Source: Syntrophales bacterium (lineage in GTDB: Bacteria; Desulfobacterota; Syntrophia; Syntrophales; PHBD01). From it: 64,000 nt of DNA. The DNA lies in contig OY764159.1 of the NCBI GenBank assembly GCA_963668175.1, positions 1,792,001 through 1,856,000 on the forward strand, written 5' to 3'. The notes beneath the pieces are model-generated. The model did not search any database, was not told the DNA's origin, and saw nothing but the letters and a program-made list of their open reading frames with translations. The position numbers were made by a program, and so were the translations under genes. Shown here piece after piece: positions 38,200 through 48,303 of this stretch; within the stretch, counting starts at the first letter, position 1; the number at the start of each line of letters is the position of its first letter.

Positions 38200-39300
38200 A
38201 TGATCACGGCAACGCTGTTCCCCGGAAAGTACATACAGGGTTATGACGCCATCCATGAACTGAAGGAACTGATTCCCCGATACGGCAAGAAAGGCTTCAT
38301 CATCTGCAGCCCTTCGGTGTCGGAGAAAGTCATGCCCGGCATCGATGCTTCGATAAAAGAAGCAATCCCCGTGGTCGTCGAGCAATTTACGCGGGAATGT
38401 TCGGACGAAGAGATTGCGCGCTTGGCGGCGATAGCCGGCAAGGAGGCCTGTGACGTCATTGTCGGCATCGGCGGCGGGAAAACCATCGATACGGCAAAAG
38501 CGGTGGCCCACACGATGAATGTACCCGTCATTATTGCCCCGTCGATTGCATCGACCGACGCCCCCTGCAGCGCCATGTCCGTCATTTATCGTCCGGATAC
38601 GGGGCGCATCAAGCGCCTCCTGATATTGCGCCGCAATCCGGACGTCGTGCTGGTCGATACGAAAATCATCGCGAATTCTCCGGAGAGGTTCCTCGTCGCG
38701 GGAATGGGGGACGCCCTGGCGACCTGGTTCGAGGCCGAGTCTTGCAGGATAAAGTATGCGAAGAACATGGTGAGAGCCCATAGCTCCATAACGGCCCAGA
38801 CACTGGCCCGTCTTTGCTATGATATGCTTCTGGAATACGGCCTTTCCGCGAAGATGGCCTGTAAACACCGTGTCGTCATTCCCGCTCTTGAGCATGTCGT
38901 TGAAGCCAATACCCTTTTGAGCGGTATAGGTTTTGAGAGCGTGGGCCTTGCGGCCGCCCATGCCATACAGGAGGGGCTGAATGTTCTGGACAAGGATCAT
39001 GCCTATTATCATGGAGAGAAAGTTGCCTTCGGCCTGCTGGTCTCTCTCTTCATGACGGACAAGCCGGCGGATATGATCGACGAGGTTTATTCGTTCTGCG
39101 AAGCGGTCGGTTTGCCCACGACCCTGGCTGACCTCGGCCTGGAGGGCGCTTCCGACGTCGATCTTGCCAAGGCGCTGTCGATTGTCTGTTCCGAGAAGGC
39201 AACCACCCGCAACGAGCTGATGCCCGTAACGCCTGAGCTGGTTGCTGCGGCGCTCAAGGTTGCCGACGCGGAAGGCCTGAGGAGAAAGGCACGGAACTAA
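38200..39300 (+). CDS. gldA: Glycerol dehydrogenase-family alcohol dehydrogenase
   Basis: PGKYIQG, GGGKTID.AK, IASTDAPCS, GMGDALATWFEA, NTLLSG.GFES, AAAHAI, HGEKVAFG. Confidence 0.87.
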   Translation: MITATLFPGKYIQGYDAIHELKELIPRYGKKGFIICSPSVSEKVMPGIDASIKEAIPVVVEQFTRECSDEEIARLAAIAGKEACDVIVGIGGGKTIDTAKAVAHTMNVPVIIAPSIASTDAPCSAMSVIYRPDTGRIKRLLILRRNPDVVLVDTKIIANSPERFLVAGMGDALATWFEAESCRIKYAKNMVRAHSSITAQTLARLCYDMLLEYGLSAKMACKHRVVIPALEHVVEANTLLSGIGFESVGLAAAHAIQEGLNVLDKDHAYYHGEKVAFGLLVSLFMTDKPADMIDEVYSFCEAVGLPTTLADLGLEGASDVDLAKALSIVCSEKATTRNELMPVTPELVAAALKVADAEGLRRKARN

Positions 39301-39572
39301 ATACAATATGATAATATGTAGCCGATCCCGGATATCCGGAAAGGGGAGGCATTAGACGAATTCGTCCGTTGTATCAATCATCCGCCGTTTCCGACGCGGT
39401 TGCGGGTAATGCCTGTCATGCCCTGCCGGCATCGGTCGGATGATCGGGTGATTTTGAAGCATATCCGGTTGATCTTCAATGCCGGGATCAACGGATATAA
39501 ACCCCGGTTTACGTCGTTCCCAGAGTCCTATAATCTGATGAACGTTTCAAACATATCATGTGGAGGCACGAT

Positions 39573-41024
39573 ATGGCACTCAAGACGCCTGAAGAGTACG
39601 AAGCAAGTCTGCGTAAAATGAACATGAAGATATACCTGATGGGCGAACGGGTGAAGGACCCGGTGGATCATCCCATCATCCGGCCTTCGATGAACTCCGT
39701 GAAGAAGACCTACGAGCTGGCCCTGGACCCGTCCTGCGAGGACCTGATGACGGCGACGTCGTCGCTGACGGGGAAGAAGATCAACCGCTTCTGCCATCTC
39801 CACCAGAACACGGACGACCTGATCAGGAAGGTGAAGATGCAGCGTCTGCTGGGCCAGCAGACGGCGGCGTGCTTCCAGCGGTGCGTCGGCATGGACGCGA
39901 TCAACGCCGTGGACTCGACGACCTTCGAAATGGACCAGAAGCTGGGGACGGAATACCACAAGCGCTTCCGGAACTTTCTCCTCAGGATGCAGGAGGAGGA
40001 TTGGACGGTGGACGGCGCCATGACGGACGTGAAGGGCGACCGCGGTCTGGCTCCGCACCAGCAGGCGGACCCGGACCTCTTTGTCCGCGTCGTCGAGAAG
40101 AATGACAGGGGGATCGTGGTGCGCGGGGCGAAGGCGCACCAGACGGGTGCGGTGAACTCGCACTGGGTTCTCGTGATGCCGACGATCGCCATGGGGAAGG
40201 ACGATGCGGACTATGCGGTGGCGTTTGTCGCCCCGGCGGACGCGGAGGGCATCTTCTACATCTACGGGCGGCAGTCCTGCGATACGCGGAAGCTGGAAGG
40301 CGGGACGATCGACGTGGGCAACGCGACCTACGGGGGTCACGAGGCGCTGATCGTCTTCGAGGACGTGTTCGTTCCTTGGGAGAACGTGCTCATGTGCGGG
40401 GAGTGGCAGTACAGCGGGCTGCTGGTGGAGCGGTTCGCCGGTTATCACCGTCAGAGCTACGGGGGCTGCAAGGTGGGCGTGGGAGACGTTTTGATCGGGG
40501 CGGCGGCGGTTGCGGCGGACTACAACGGAGCGGCGAAGGCGTCGCATGTGAAGGACAAGCTGATCGAGATGATGCACCTGAACGAGACGCTGTATTCGTG
40601 CGGGATTGCGTGTTCGTCGCAGGGGAGCAGGACGGCGTCGGGGACGTACCTGATCGACCTGTTGCTTGCGAACGTGTGCAAGCAGAACGTGACGCGCTAC
40701 CCCTACGAAATTGCGCGCCTGGCGCAGGACATCGCGGGAGGTCTCATGGTGACGATGGCTTCGGAGAAGGATCTGAAGCACCCGGAGATCGGGAAGGTGC
40801 TTGAGAAGTACATGAAGGGCAACGCAAGCGTGCCGGTGGAGAACCGTTGCCGGATGATGCGTCTGGTGGAGAACCTGACGCTGGGAACGGCGGCGGTGGG
40901 CTACCTGACGGAATCGATGCACGGGGCGGGTTCGCCTCAGGCGCAGCGGATCATGATCGCCCGCCAGGGCAACCTGGAACACAAGAAGAAGCTCGCCGAG
41001 AAGATCGCCGGGGTCAAGGAATAG
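39573..41024 (+). CDS. abfD: 4-hydroxybutyryl-CoA dehydratase / vinylacetyl-CoA isomerase
   Basis: CFQRCVGMDA, GAMTDVKGDR, RGAKAHQTG, AGYHRQSYGGCKVG (Fe-S ligands), ESMHGAGSPQAQR. Confidence 0.92.
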   Translation: MALKTPEEYEASLRKMNMKIYLMGERVKDPVDHPIIRPSMNSVKKTYELALDPSCEDLMTATSSLTGKKINRFCHLHQNTDDLIRKVKMQRLLGQQTAACFQRCVGMDAINAVDSTTFEMDQKLGTEYHKRFRNFLLRMQEEDWTVDGAMTDVKGDRGLAPHQQADPDLFVRVVEKNDRGIVVRGAKAHQTGAVNSHWVLVMPTIAMGKDDADYAVAFVAPADAEGIFYIYGRQSCDTRKLEGGTIDVGNATYGGHEALIVFEDVFVPWENVLMCGEWQYSGLLVERFAGYHRQSYGGCKVGVGDVLIGAAAVAADYNGAAKASHVKDKLIEMMHLNETLYSCGIACSSQGSRTASGTYLIDLLLANVCKQNVTRYPYEIARLAQDIAGGLMVTMASEKDLKHPEIGKVLEKYMKGNASVPVENRCRMMRLVENLTLGTAAVGYLTESMHGAGSPQAQRIMIARQGNLEHKKKLAEKIAGVKE

Positions 41025-41261
41025 AAGCGGCATGACGGTCCGGATGCGATCCGGAATGGAATCGATTGCCGGATAGGAGTCTGGTTTGGATCTCAAACCT
41101 CACGTCGGCAGGCTCTTGCTGCCGCATCGTGACTCACGCCATGAAAGGGCCTTCGATCCAAAGAATATTTTGACAATGAGACTCCTGCGTTGTCGGCATG
41201 CGGTCGTTTCCCATCATTAAATCCGCTATGACGATAACGCCAAAAGATCGCATACATTACA

Positions 41262-41304
41262 CGTAATCAGCAGGTTGTCGGTTCGATCCCGGCAGGGCTT
41301 ACCA
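41262..41304 (+). other. tRNA 3'-half remnant (att-like scar), copy 2, ending in CCA
   Basis: CGTAATCAGC-AGGTT-GTCGG-TTCGATC-CCGGC-AGGGCTT-ACCA; no D arm or acceptor 5' strand upstream. Confidence 0.72.
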
Positions 41305-41313
41305 CAGATACGG

Positions 41314-41347
41314 AGGGGTTGGCGATAAAAAATCGCTAACCCCTTTT
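41314..41347 (+). terminator. Rho-independent terminator after the tRNA remnant
   Basis: AGGGGTTGGCGAT-AAAAA-ATCGCTAACCCCT followed by TTTGTTTTT. Confidence 0.75.
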
Positions 41348-41705
41348 GTTTTTCAAGCGCGTCGTTGTCCCGATGATCTTAACGGAGACGTCACGAGGCG
41401 GCTGCGGGCGTCGCTCGGCGCCATGCGCATCGGCCGGTTGCAGCATCACGTATCCGGCGATTATCTTCCCCGTAAGACAGACCGTGCAATCTTCTTCCCC
41501 ATTTTGGCCCTGTCTCAAATTATCTATTTTTGTACAATTCCATGCACTGCTCCGCAAGCAGCGGTTATTTCGCAGGATTATAAGATGGTCTCAGGCGGAT
41601 GCCGAATGGAGAAAAGGCGCCGCTGTATAAAATGATCCAGTCGCAGCATTGTGTCGCAAACAGCAACATCGCATCATTTCCGCAGTTTATAGGCGTAACG
41701 CATCC

Positions 41706-41721
41706 TGGCACGGTTGGTGCT
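41706..41721 (+). promoter_or_regulatory. Sigma54 -24/-12 promoter
   Basis: TGGCAC-GGTTG-GTGCT; a TGT-N11-ACA UAS-like site lies about 40-50 bp upstream. Confidence 0.65.
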
Positions 41722-41874
41722 AAATCTGAAAATATTCGACGCTACAACCAATAGATAAGGATCCGCCGCGGGCTTCTCGATCACTCGTGGAAGTCAAAGG
41801 GAGTACCTCGGCCCGGAGAGGCCTGTGCCGTACTGCCCCTGACGAATATTCTTGCAAAGGAGAGATAATTACAC

Positions 41875-42639
41875 ATGGAAGATGCCGAAGTCGTTCTTTA
41901 CGAAAAGAGAGGAAACGTTGCGCTCGTGACGTTCAACAGGCCCAAGGCCCTCAATGCCTTGAATACGCAGGTCAACCTGGCCCTCATCGACACGCTCGCC
42001 CGGGCGGAGGATGACGCCGATGTCAAGGTCGTCGTCTTGACCGGCGCCGGGGAAAAGGCCTTCGTGGCCGGGGCCGACATCAAGGAGATGCAGAGCCTGG
42101 GTGCCGTGGAAGCGAGACAGTTTGCCCTGAATGCCAGGAAGGCCGTCGAAAGGATTTACCATCTGAAGAAACCCGTCATCGCCGCCGTCAACGGCTTCTG
42201 CTTCGGCGGGGGGCTGGAATACGCGCTGGCGTGCGATTTTCGGGTCGCCTCCGATAACGCCAAATTCGCCCTCCCGGAAATCACACTGGGCATCATTCCC
42301 GGCTCGGCCGGAACCCAGAGGCTGCCGCGCCTGATCGGCATGGGCAAGGCGAAGGAGATGATTTACAGCGGCCTCGTCGTCGGCGCGCAGGAGGCCCTCC
42401 ATCTGGGGCTGGTCAATTATGTCTTCGGCAAGGAATCGCTCGTCGCCGAGGCGACGGCCATTGCCGGGAAGATCGCGGTCAGGAGCGGCGTCGCCCTTGC
42501 CCTGGCGAAGTCGTCCATCAACCGGGGTGCGGAGGCGGACATCGATACGGCGCACATGTTCGAGATCGACTGCTTCGCCCTCTGTTTTACGACCGAAGAG
42601 CAGAAAAACGCCATGGCCGCCTTCACAGCCAAGAAATAG
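41875..42639 (+). CDS. Enoyl-CoA hydratase (crotonase)
   Basis: NRPKALNA, AFVAGADI, GGGLE, LPEITLGIIPG..GTQRL. Confidence 0.92.
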   Translation: MEDAEVVLYEKRGNVALVTFNRPKALNALNTQVNLALIDTLARAEDDADVKVVVLTGAGEKAFVAGADIKEMQSLGAVEARQFALNARKAVERIYHLKKPVIAAVNGFCFGGGLEYALACDFRVASDNAKFALPEITLGIIPGSAGTQRLPRLIGMGKAKEMIYSGLVVGAQEALHLGLVNYVFGKESLVAEATAIAGKIAVRSGVALALAKSSINRGAEADIDTAHMFEIDCFALCFTTEEQKNAMAAFTAKK

Positions 42640-42676
42640 ACCGGCTCGAAGCAACACGACAAGAAGGGAGAATTTC

Positions 42677-43465
42677 ATGAGTCTGAATGCACTATTCGAT
42701 CTGAAAGGGAAGGTCGCGCTCGTGACGGGCGGAGGCCGGGGACTGGGCAAATTCATCACGGCCGGTCTTGCGGAAGCGGGGGCTTCGGTGATCATCACGT
42801 CGAGGAAGCTTAAGAACCTGGAGGCCGCGGCCCGGGAAATCGGCGATCGGTATCATGCGGAGATAACCCCCATCGCCTGCGATCTTGCCAGGGAGGGCGA
42901 TATCGACGCCATGATCAAGGCGGCGCTGGAAAAGTATCCGCGCATCGATATCCTCGTCAACAATTCGGGAGCGACCTGGGGGGCGCCGACGCTGGAATTC
43001 CCCATCGAGCGGTGGGACCAGCTCTTCAACGTCAATGTCCGCGGCGTCTGGATCCTGTCGCAGAAGATAGCCAATCTGATGAAGCAACAGGGCGGCGGCA
43101 ACATCATCAACATCTCGTCCGTCATGGGTTTCAGGGGGTCCGAAGAAGACATCCATCCGTCGATCCCCTACAACTCGACGAAGGCCGCCGTCAATCTCTT
43201 AACCATGAACCTGGCCGTGAAGCTCGCCCCCTACAACATCCGGGTCAACGCCCTCGCCCTCGGGTATTTCCATACGGACATGACGTCCTACCTGGAAGAC
43301 CCGAAGTTCAGGAAAGAGTATGACGCGCTGCTGGCCATGACCCCCATGCGCCGTTTCGGCGACGAGAAGGATATCAAGGGCGCGGCGGTCTTTCTGGCCT
43401 CCGACGCGTCCGCGTATATGACCGGGCACGTACTGGTGACCGACGGCGGATTCCTGGCGAAATAG
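42677..43465 (+). CDS. SDR-family oxidoreductase
   Basis: TGGGRGLG, VNNSG, NISS, YNSTK, IRVN, Y.TG....DGG. ATG at 42677 with GGGAG RBS. Confidence 0.92.
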   Translation: MSLNALFDLKGKVALVTGGGRGLGKFITAGLAEAGASVIITSRKLKNLEAAAREIGDRYHAEITPIACDLAREGDIDAMIKAALEKYPRIDILVNNSGATWGAPTLEFPIERWDQLFNVNVRGVWILSQKIANLMKQQGGGNIINISSVMGFRGSEEDIHPSIPYNSTKAAVNLLTMNLAVKLAPYNIRVNALALGYFHTDMTSYLEDPKFRKEYDALLAMTPMRRFGDEKDIKGAAVFLASDASAYMTGHVLVTDGGFLAK

Positions 43466-43508
43466 GTATCCGGCAACAGCGAATCAATAACCATAAGGAG
43501 AAGAAACC

Positions 43509-44654
43509 ATGGATTTCATATTGAACGACGATCAAAAGATGCTCAGGGACACCGTCCGGCGCATCGCCGAAGCGGAGTTTGCGCCGCGCGCCGCCGAGGT
43601 GGACCAGACCGAAATATTCCCGCGTAACGCATTCAAAACGCTCGCGGACAACGGACTTTTAGGCATTCAGGTTCCGGAAGCCTACGGCGGTGCCGGAGCC
43701 GGCATGCTGTCCCTCATCCTCACGGTGGAAGAGGTCGCGCGCGTCTGCGCCTCCACGTCGGTCATCCTGACGACCCAGGCCCTGGCGAGCGACCCGCTCC
43801 TGATTGCCGGCTCCGAGGACCAGAAAAAGAATTACCTGTACCGGATGGCGTCGGGCGAGACCCTGGGCGCATGCGCCATTACGGAGCCGGGGGCCGGGTC
43901 GGACGTGTCGGGGATGAAGACCGTGGCCAAGAAGGTGGACGGCGGCTATCTCCTGAACGGCGCCAAGATATTCATCACCAACGGCGGCGAATCGGACATC
44001 GTCACCGTTCTCGCCTACACCGACAGGGAAAAGGGCAACAAGGGCATCAGCATGCTCCTCGTGGAAAAGGGCGATAAAGGCTTCACCGTGGGCCGTCAGG
44101 AACACAAACTGGGCATCCACGGGTCCGACACGCGCGAGTTGACCTTCGAGGACGTTTTCCTGCCGCAGGAGAGAATGATGGGCGGCGAGGGGAACGGCTT
44201 CAAGATTCTCATGACGACGTTCAATTACACGCGGCCCGCCGTCGGCGCCCAGGCCCTAGGCATTGCGCAGGGGGCCCTGGAGGCGGCGATCAATTATTCC
44301 AAGGAACGCGTGCAGTTCGGGAAGCCCCTGGCGTCGTTCCAGGGCATGCAGTGGATGCTGGCGGAAATGGCGCTGAGCGTGGAAGCGGCCAGGACCCTTG
44401 TCTACAGGGCCGCTTCGACCATCGACGCGGAGCCCGATTCCCCGGATATTCCCCGCATCGCCTCCATGGCGAAATGGTTCGCCTCCGACATGGCCATGAA
44501 GGTGACGACGGATGCCGTCCAGGTATTCGGAGGCTACGGCTACAGCCGGGAATATCCCGTGGAACGGATGATGCGCGATGCGAAGATCACACAGATCTAC
44601 GAAGGCACAAACCAGGTGCAGAGGATCATCATTGCCGGCCAGATCCTGAAATAG
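43509..44654 (+). CDS. Acyl-CoA dehydrogenase
   Basis: [49 protein letters not shown]. Confidence 0.93.
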   Translation: MDFILNDDQKMLRDTVRRIAEAEFAPRAAEVDQTEIFPRNAFKTLADNGLLGIQVPEAYGGAGAGMLSLILTVEEVARVCASTSVILTTQALASDPLLIAGSEDQKKNYLYRMASGETLGACAITEPGAGSDVSGMKTVAKKVDGGYLLNGAKIFITNGGESDIVTVLAYTDREKGNKGISMLLVEKGDKGFTVGRQEHKLGIHGSDTRELTFEDVFLPQERMMGGEGNGFKILMTTFNYTRPAVGAQALGIAQGALEAAINYSKERVQFGKPLASFQGMQWMLAEMALSVEAARTLVYRAASTIDAEPDSPDIPRIASMAKWFASDMAMKVTTDAVQVFGGYGYSREYPVERMMRDAKITQIYEGTNQVQRIIIAGQILK

Positions 44655-44779
44655 AACCGCTGTTCTAATGCGAACGCCTTATTTGCACCGGGCGCCGGCT
44701 GTATGACCGGGGTGGAATAAATCTCCATAAAGTTATCCGGGAACCTTAACATCAGAGAAAGTGAGGGAGGGAGAAGCAC

Positions 44780-46027
44780 ATGAGTAGCGATTATGGTCAG
44801 AAGTTTATTCCGGTTCCAGACGAAAACGCTTCAATCAAGGGCATACAGATTCTCGTATGGATATTTGCCTGGCTTGCCCTGGTCCTTGATGTCATGGATT
44901 GGCAATTGCTGTCGGTTGCCGCCAGCAACATCCTGGCTGAATTCAAATTTCCGAAAGCGGCCATGGGCCTGCTTCTGGGCGCACCGCTCCTGGGTGCGGG
45001 CATCGGAGGCCTCCTGTCCGGGTGGCTGTCCGACAAGTTCGGCCGCGTCCGGGTCATGGTCTATTGTCTTATGTGGTATTCTATCTTCACCGTTGCCTTT
45101 GCCTTTGCCAACAGCTTCGAGATGATGCTTGCGCTCCGGATTCTCGTCGGCCTCGGATTGGGCGCGCAGTGGGGTGTCGGCAACACCCTCGTCGCGGAAG
45201 TCATGCCGGCGCGGATGAGGATCATGTGTTCGGCCGTAATCCAGACCGGCTTCGCCTTCGGTCCCATGCTGGCCGCATATGCAGCGAAGGAAATCCTGCC
45301 CGTTTCCGGGTGGAGACCGCTCTTCTATCTTGGCGCGGTCGGCCTCGTCATGGCGGTCATCGCCAAGTTGTGGATTCCCGAGCCGGAGGCGTGGCTTAAG
45401 AAGCGCCACGAGGCAAGGGGCGGTACGGTCAAACTGGGAAGCATTCCCCAGCTCTTCTCCCGGGAACTGAGGATCAATACGATCTGCGCCTTCGGTCTCG
45501 TCTGGTTCACGCTGCTTGCCTACTGGGGCGCCATGAGCTGGATACCCAACTGGCTGGTCGCGGAACGCGGGATGAATATCGTCAAATCGATGGACTATCT
45601 CATGTGGCTCAATGTGGGCGGCGTGATCGGCTACATCGTCTTTGCCCTCATCGCCGACAGGTGGGGCCGGAAACCGCCGGCTTACATAACGCTCGTTGCC
45701 TCGTTTGTCGCCGTCGTCTGTTTCGTCAATATCAAGGAACCCTCGGCCATGCTGATCTTCGCTCCGATATTCGCCTTCATCACCTATCCGATTTTCGGGC
45801 TGTACGGCGGCTACATGTCGGAGCTCTTTCCCACGGAGGTCAGGGCTACGGCGGTCAACGGCATCTATAATCTGGCCCGCATGACGGCCTTCTTCGCGCC
45901 GGGCGTCATGGGCGCCATCGCCGCTTCCTTCTCCATGACGACGGCCATCGGGTTTACCGCGGTCCTTTATTTATGCTCCATCATACCGCTTTTCTTCCTG
46001 CCGGAAACCATCAGACACAAAAGGTAG
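44780..46027 (+). CDS. MFS transporter (carboxylate/aromatic acid:H+ symporter-like)
   Basis: Multiple hydrophobic TM segments; GWLSDKFGR, ADRWGRK, ELFPTEVRATA, LPET. Confidence 0.88.
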   Translation: MSSDYGQKFIPVPDENASIKGIQILVWIFAWLALVLDVMDWQLLSVAASNILAEFKFPKAAMGLLLGAPLLGAGIGGLLSGWLSDKFGRVRVMVYCLMWYSIFTVAFAFANSFEMMLALRILVGLGLGAQWGVGNTLVAEVMPARMRIMCSAVIQTGFAFGPMLAAYAAKEILPVSGWRPLFYLGAVGLVMAVIAKLWIPEPEAWLKKRHEARGGTVKLGSIPQLFSRELRINTICAFGLVWFTLLAYWGAMSWIPNWLVAERGMNIVKSMDYLMWLNVGGVIGYIVFALIADRWGRKPPAYITLVASFVAVVCFVNIKEPSAMLIFAPIFAFITYPIFGLYGGYMSELFPTEVRATAVNGIYNLARMTAFFAPGVMGAIAASFSMTTAIGFTAVLYLCSIIPLFFLPETIRHKR

Positions 46028-46147
46028 CTTTCGGCGGCGGGTTTCGATATACAAAAGCGGGGTGCCGGACACGGCATCCCGCCTAAATCAGCGGGGCGGC
46101 CGTTGAAGCGGAGCGGAAGGCGTCCTGATAAATCGTGAGGAGTGCAG

Positions 46148-47380
46148 ATGAAAATGGAAAAGAAGAAATTGCTGGACGGCATAAAGATAGTGGATCTGAC
46201 CAGGGTCTATGCCGGACCTTTCAGCAGCCAGATACTGGCTGACATGGGGGCGGAAATCATAAAGATCGAAGACGGCGGGCCCAACACGAACGAGCGCAGC
46301 TGGGCGCCGTTCGCGCCGGGCACCAAGGAGTCCACGTATTTCATCGGGCTCAATCGCGGCAAGAAAAGCATAGAACTGAATCTCAAAGAACCCAAGGCCC
46401 TCGAGATTTTCTACAAACTCGTCGGGGATGCCGATATCGTGATGGAGAACTACGCCCCCGGGGTGGCCCCCAAGCTTCTTGTCGGCTACGAACAATGCAG
46501 GAAGATCAAACCGGACATCATCTACCTGTCCATATCCACCTTCGGGCAGTACGGCCCCCTCAGCAAGCTTCCCGGCTACGACATGCTGGCCCAGGCCATG
46601 GGAGGACTCATGAGCATCACCGGATTTCCCGATAAACCCGTGCGGGTGGGTTCGTCGCTCGGAGACGTCATTGCGGGTCTTTACGGGACCATTGCGATGC
46701 TGGGGGCGCTCCAATACAGGAACCTCACGGGCGAGGGCCAGTACATCGACGTCGCGCTCGTCGACTGCATATTCACTTGCCTCGAAAACAACGTGCCCGC
46801 CTACACCATCACGGGGAGGCAACCCCGCCGGATGGGCAGCCGCCATCCCGACGGCGGGCCCTACGATGTCTATACCTGCAAGGACGGCTTCATCGGCGTC
46901 GTCGCCTCCAACGAGAAGCTGTGGGGAGGCATGTGCCAGGTCATGGGAAGGCCGGAACTGGCAAAAGACCCGAAGTTCGACAGCAACGTCACGAGGATGC
47001 AGAACGTCGAGGAGATGACGGAAATCATCAACAACTGGATGAAAGATTTCACCGTGGAGGAGGCCATCGTCAAACTGCGCGAGGTCCGCGTGCCGGTCGC
47101 CCCCATCCTGGACGTGCCCCGGATCTGTGAGAGCGACAATACCAAGGCGCGCAACATGCTCGTCGAATTCGAGCATGCGACGGCGGGCAGGCTCCGTTTG
47201 GCCGGCAATCCCGTCAAGTACGGTGCCTACGATGCCATTGCCGAGCTTCCCCCGCCTTTCAAGGGACAACATACGCCGGAAATCCTGGAAGCCCTGGGAT
47301 ACAGTAAGGGCGACATCGACGAATTGCTGAAATCCGGGGCGATCGGCGACGGGTTTATGACCAGGGCAAAAAAGGAATAG
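46148..47380 (+). CDS. Family III CoA-transferase (CaiB/BaiF)
   Basis: LDGIKIVDLT...AGP....LADMGAE.IKIE, NRGKKS, ENY.PG, GYD...QA.GG, GD...G, G.GQY.D. Confidence 0.92.
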   Translation: MKMEKKKLLDGIKIVDLTRVYAGPFSSQILADMGAEIIKIEDGGPNTNERSWAPFAPGTKESTYFIGLNRGKKSIELNLKEPKALEIFYKLVGDADIVMENYAPGVAPKLLVGYEQCRKIKPDIIYLSISTFGQYGPLSKLPGYDMLAQAMGGLMSITGFPDKPVRVGSSLGDVIAGLYGTIAMLGALQYRNLTGEGQYIDVALVDCIFTCLENNVPAYTITGRQPRRMGSRHPDGGPYDVYTCKDGFIGVVASNEKLWGGMCQVMGRPELAKDPKFDSNVTRMQNVEEMTEIINNWMKDFTVEEAIVKLREVRVPVAPILDVPRICESDNTKARNMLVEFEHATAGRLRLAGNPVKYGAYDAIAELPPPFKGQHTPEILEALGYSKGDIDELLKSGAIGDGFMTRAKKE

Positions 47381-47452
47381 AACCCGAAAACGGGGAGCTG
47401 TTCCACAAACAAACGATCAGGACACTCGTGTGTCGTCTGTAAGGATGAATTT

Positions 47453-47884
47453 ATGGTTGGCAAAACGATTGAAGAGATCAAAACAGGCGATTCGGCGGAA
47501 TTTTCCAAGACCGTTTCGGAAGCCGATATCTATCTGTACGCCGGTGTAACGGGAGATTTCAATCCGGCCCATATCAACGAAGCTTACGCCAAACAGACTT
47601 TTTTCAAGGGACGGATCGCCCACGGCATGCTTTCCGCCGGCTTCATCTCCGCGGTCATTGCGAACCGGCTGCCGGGACCGGGGACGATCTATATCCGCCA
47701 GGAACTCAACTTCCTGGCTCCCGTCCGCATCGGCGATACGGTGACCGCCAGGGTCGAGGTTGTCGAAAGGATCCCGGATAAGAACAGGCTTCTTCTCAGG
47801 ACGACCTGCGTCGTCGAGGACGGTACGGCCGTCGTGGACGGACAGGCCCTGGTCAGCCCGCCCAAGCCGCGCAAAAATGTTTGA
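47453..47884 (+). CDS. MaoC-family (R)-specific enoyl-CoA hydratase, copy 2
   Basis: Same length (143 aa) and motifs as 26647-27078. Confidence 0.92.
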   Translation: MVGKTIEEIKTGDSAEFSKTVSEADIYLYAGVTGDFNPAHINEAYAKQTFFKGRIAHGMLSAGFISAVIANRLPGPGTIYIRQELNFLAPVRIGDTVTARVEVVERIPDKNRLLLRTTCVVEDGTAVVDGQALVSPPKPRKNV

Positions 47885-48303
47885 AATGGTCTTTCTCGGA
47901 TGACAGGAGGAGAATCGTTTCCATCTCCTTCTCTCGTTTTCCTCCTGTCACGTCCCGTCCAGACTTTAAAGTGCGCACTGGTATTAAGAATAGTAAGAAT
48001 AGTTCACCGCGAACTTCTGCTCGGAACCCGGGCCGGCCTGCAAAGGGATTTCCTGCATCGTGAAAGATGTTTCTGGAAGTTGCTGGCAGCATGCTGTCTG
48101 TTTCATGGAACGGGTGAACGGTTTGTTTCAGACCACCCATGCTCTGCAAAAGTATGATACTTTACGTTTTAGATAGGAAATGTTCTCTTGATTGGAAGGT
48201 ATTGTTTCCCGTCGTTGAGCCCATATCAGCTGCAACATTTTTTACCAGTGTACATTGCCTCAGCGGATAGTCTGTCAGGGCGTACCAGACGCCAAGAGGG
48301 CGT

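Noticed and set aside
41230..41304. Intact tRNA gene (also considered for 700-777)
   Set aside because: Upstream sequence cannot form the acceptor 5' strand or D arm; only the 3' half is present.
41790..41845. Riboswitch in the crotonase leader
   Set aside because: It can form a stem but matches no riboswitch consensus I can recognise; needs an Infernal search.
47985..48002. Tandem 9-bp duplication TAAGAATAG as a transposon footprint at the AT-rich boundary
   Set aside because: No IS ends or transposase nearby; short AT-rich duplications arise by slippage.
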